Source: Desulfomonilia bacterium (GTDB lineage: Bacteria > Desulfobacterota > Desulfomonilia > UBA1062). From it: a stretch of DNA of 64,000 bases. The notes beneath the pieces were generated by a model. It did not search any database and was not told the origin of the DNA. It worked only from the letters and a program-made list of their open reading frames with translations. Position numbers and translations under genes: made by a program. The DNA is taken from NCBI GenBank assembly GCA_963664325.2, contig CAXXDQ010000005.1, positions 159,277 to 223,276 of the forward strand, given 5' to 3'. Positions 62,352-64,000 of this stretch are shown here, in pieces; the stretch's first letter is position 1, and the number at the start of each line of letters is the position of its first letter.

Positions 62352-62986
62352 TTATGAATCCCTGCCATCCCCTGAGAATTGGTCCATCATGTGCGGATAA
62401 TATTTTTTAAACTCGTCGATCATCTGCTCAAACGGGAAATCATCAAATGATCCGTAATCATGGACATATTCCATGTGGCGCTGGCCCGAGCGGTCAAACG
62501 GATGGAAAATGGAATCCGCGCCGCCGTCAAATTCAAGGGGAAGGACTCCAAAGCGTTCACACAGCTTTATATCGAAGGCCGGTGTTGCCTTGACCCATTT
62601 GCCGTTTAGAAACAGGCTTGTGTATCCGTGAAAAACGAACAGGTCTGTTTTCATAAGCTTGAGCATTTTCTTTGTCGCGAGGTGATTGCGCACCGTTGCG
62701 AACCCCAGGCGGGAAGGGATCCCCATGGCGCGGGCCGCGGCGGCAAGCAGGATGGCCTTCTGTATGCAGAAGCCCTCCTTCCGCCCGAGCACATAGCTTG
62801 CCCTGTAATGCTCCTTCATAAGGGTCAGACAATACGGGTTATAGGTAAATCCGTCGCGCACCGCATAGTAAAGCCTGACGGCCTGCTCCTTTTCGTTTCC
62901 GGGGTCCCTGCCGCCTCAACGGCAAACCGGCGGATGTCCGGGTGGTTGCTGTCGATATATGCGGTCGGTTTCATAAGCTCTTCCAT
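62352..62986 (-). pseudogene. Transglutaminase-like protein with a one-base frameshift
   Basis: N-terminus MEELMKPTAYIDSNHPDI (ATG 62986) is out of frame with ..RLYYAVRDGFTYNPY..GFCIQKA..HGY..WVKATP. Confidence 0.75.
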
Positions 62987-63138
62987 TCTTCTTATGATAG
63001 GTGGAAAAAGTAGGAGAGGTCAACTGTTCATTGCCATGCAAAAAGCCAGCATTTTGATTCGTCTGCATGAGGTAAAATTTAAGGCCGGTCCGCCGATAAC
63101 GCATTGACTACCTTATGCTTATCACTTAATATATCCGT

Positions 63139-63504
63139 ATGCAAAAAATCCTACTTGTCGAGGATGACAAAAGGCTCCAGACCCTCATCAGGGACGAACT
63201 CGAAGAGGAAAGCTACGAGATAATTCTGGCATCCGACGGGAAGCAGGCCCTCACGCTTCTCAAGGAAGGTCCTGCAAGCATCGATCTTATCATAATGGAT
63301 CTGAGAATGCCGAACATGGACGGGCTCGATGCAATCGGCCACCTGCTCAAGGCAAGGCTCAATATCCCGATAATCATCCATACCGCATACTCCAGCTATA
63401 AAAACGACCCTCTGGCAATGGCTGCAGACGCATATGTCGTCAAGTCTCACGATCTGACCGAGCTCAAGTCTAAAATAAGGGAACTCATTGGGGAGAGGGC
63501 ATGA
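63139..63504 (+). CDS. Single-domain response regulator
   Basis: ILLVEDD, DLRMPNMDG, HTAY, YVVKS. Confidence 0.92.
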   Translation: MQKILLVEDDKRLQTLIRDELEEESYEIILASDGKQALTLLKEGPASIDLIIMDLRMPNMDGLDAIGHLLKARLNIPIIIHTAYSSYKNDPLAMAADAYVVKSHDLTELKSKIRELIGERA

Positions 63505-64000
63505 ATCCTAAGGATATCGATGTAATAATACTTGCAGGAGGCAAGGGAGAAAGGCTTTATCCGCTTACAAAGGACAGGGCGAAACCGGCCGTGCCTTTCG
63601 GCGGGATGTACCGCATTATAGATTTCACGCTTTCCAACTGCGTGAATTCGGGATTGAAAAGGGTCTACATACTATCTCAATATAAATCGCTTTCGCTGAA
63701 CAGGCATATCCAGCTCGGATGGCTGCCTTTCTTCTCCGCCCCGCTCGGGGAATTCATTTACAGCATCCCGGCGCAGCAAAGGGTAGGGGATTCATGGTAT
63801 GAAGGCACCGCCGACGCGGTTTTTCAGAATATCTACACGCTCCAGCAGGATATGCCGAAATATACTCTCATACTTTCGGGCGATCATGTATACCAGATGG
63901 ACTATCGCGACATGATCCGCTATCACATTGAAAAAGGCGCGGATCTGACGGTAGGCGGAATCGTAATGCCCGTCGAGACTGCGGACCAGTTCGGGGTCAT
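63501..64000 (+). CDS. glgC: Glucose-1-phosphate adenylyltransferase, partial
   Basis: LAGGKGERLYPLTKDRAKPAVPFGG.YRIIDF.LSN, WYEGTADAV, LSGDHVY.MDY; runs off the window. Confidence 0.93.
   Translation, partial: MNPKDIDVIILAGGKGERLYPLTKDRAKPAVPFGGMYRIIDFTLSNCVNSGLKRVYILSQYKSLSLNRHIQLGWLPFFSAPLGEFIYSIPAQQRVGDSWYEGTADAVFQNIYTLQQDMPKYTLILSGDHVYQMDYRDMIRYHIEKGADLTVGGIVMPVETADQFGV

Overview
A 64-kb window that most likely comes from an anaerobic deltaproteobacterium (Desulfobacterota-like; inferred from gene content only). The housekeeping backbone carries tRNA-Arg(CCU), a U32 peptidase, a pcrA/uvrD helicase, speB, a B12-binding radical SAM fusion, tilS-mfd-surA-uvrA, trpR-trpB2, mazG, vapBC, two hybrid kinases, frhB-like-iorAB, a MATE transporter and glgC. 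A partly AT-rich accessory region (~21.0-35 kb) follows uvrA. The best candidate for an undescribed system lies there: four small Cys-rich peptide genes in two families, all with W/YxxP leader motifs typical of RRE-dependent RiPP precursors. They sit among a GT4 glycosyltransferase, an acyltransferase-3, an APC permease and a degenerate CDF transporter. No radical SAM/SPASM or PqqD/RRE maturase is visible nearby. Two of the peptides arose by tandem duplication of a [glycosyltransferase 3' end + sigma70 promoter + peptide] unit. The region is punctuated by a ~60-bp palindromic repeat family. Other notable signals are a MITE-like element inserted in frame in the 5' end of mfd that supplies a new SD and ATG, and a small ORF with an in-frame UGA (possible selenocysteine) coupled to the radical SAM gene. 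All family calls are by motif recognition; no database searches were run.
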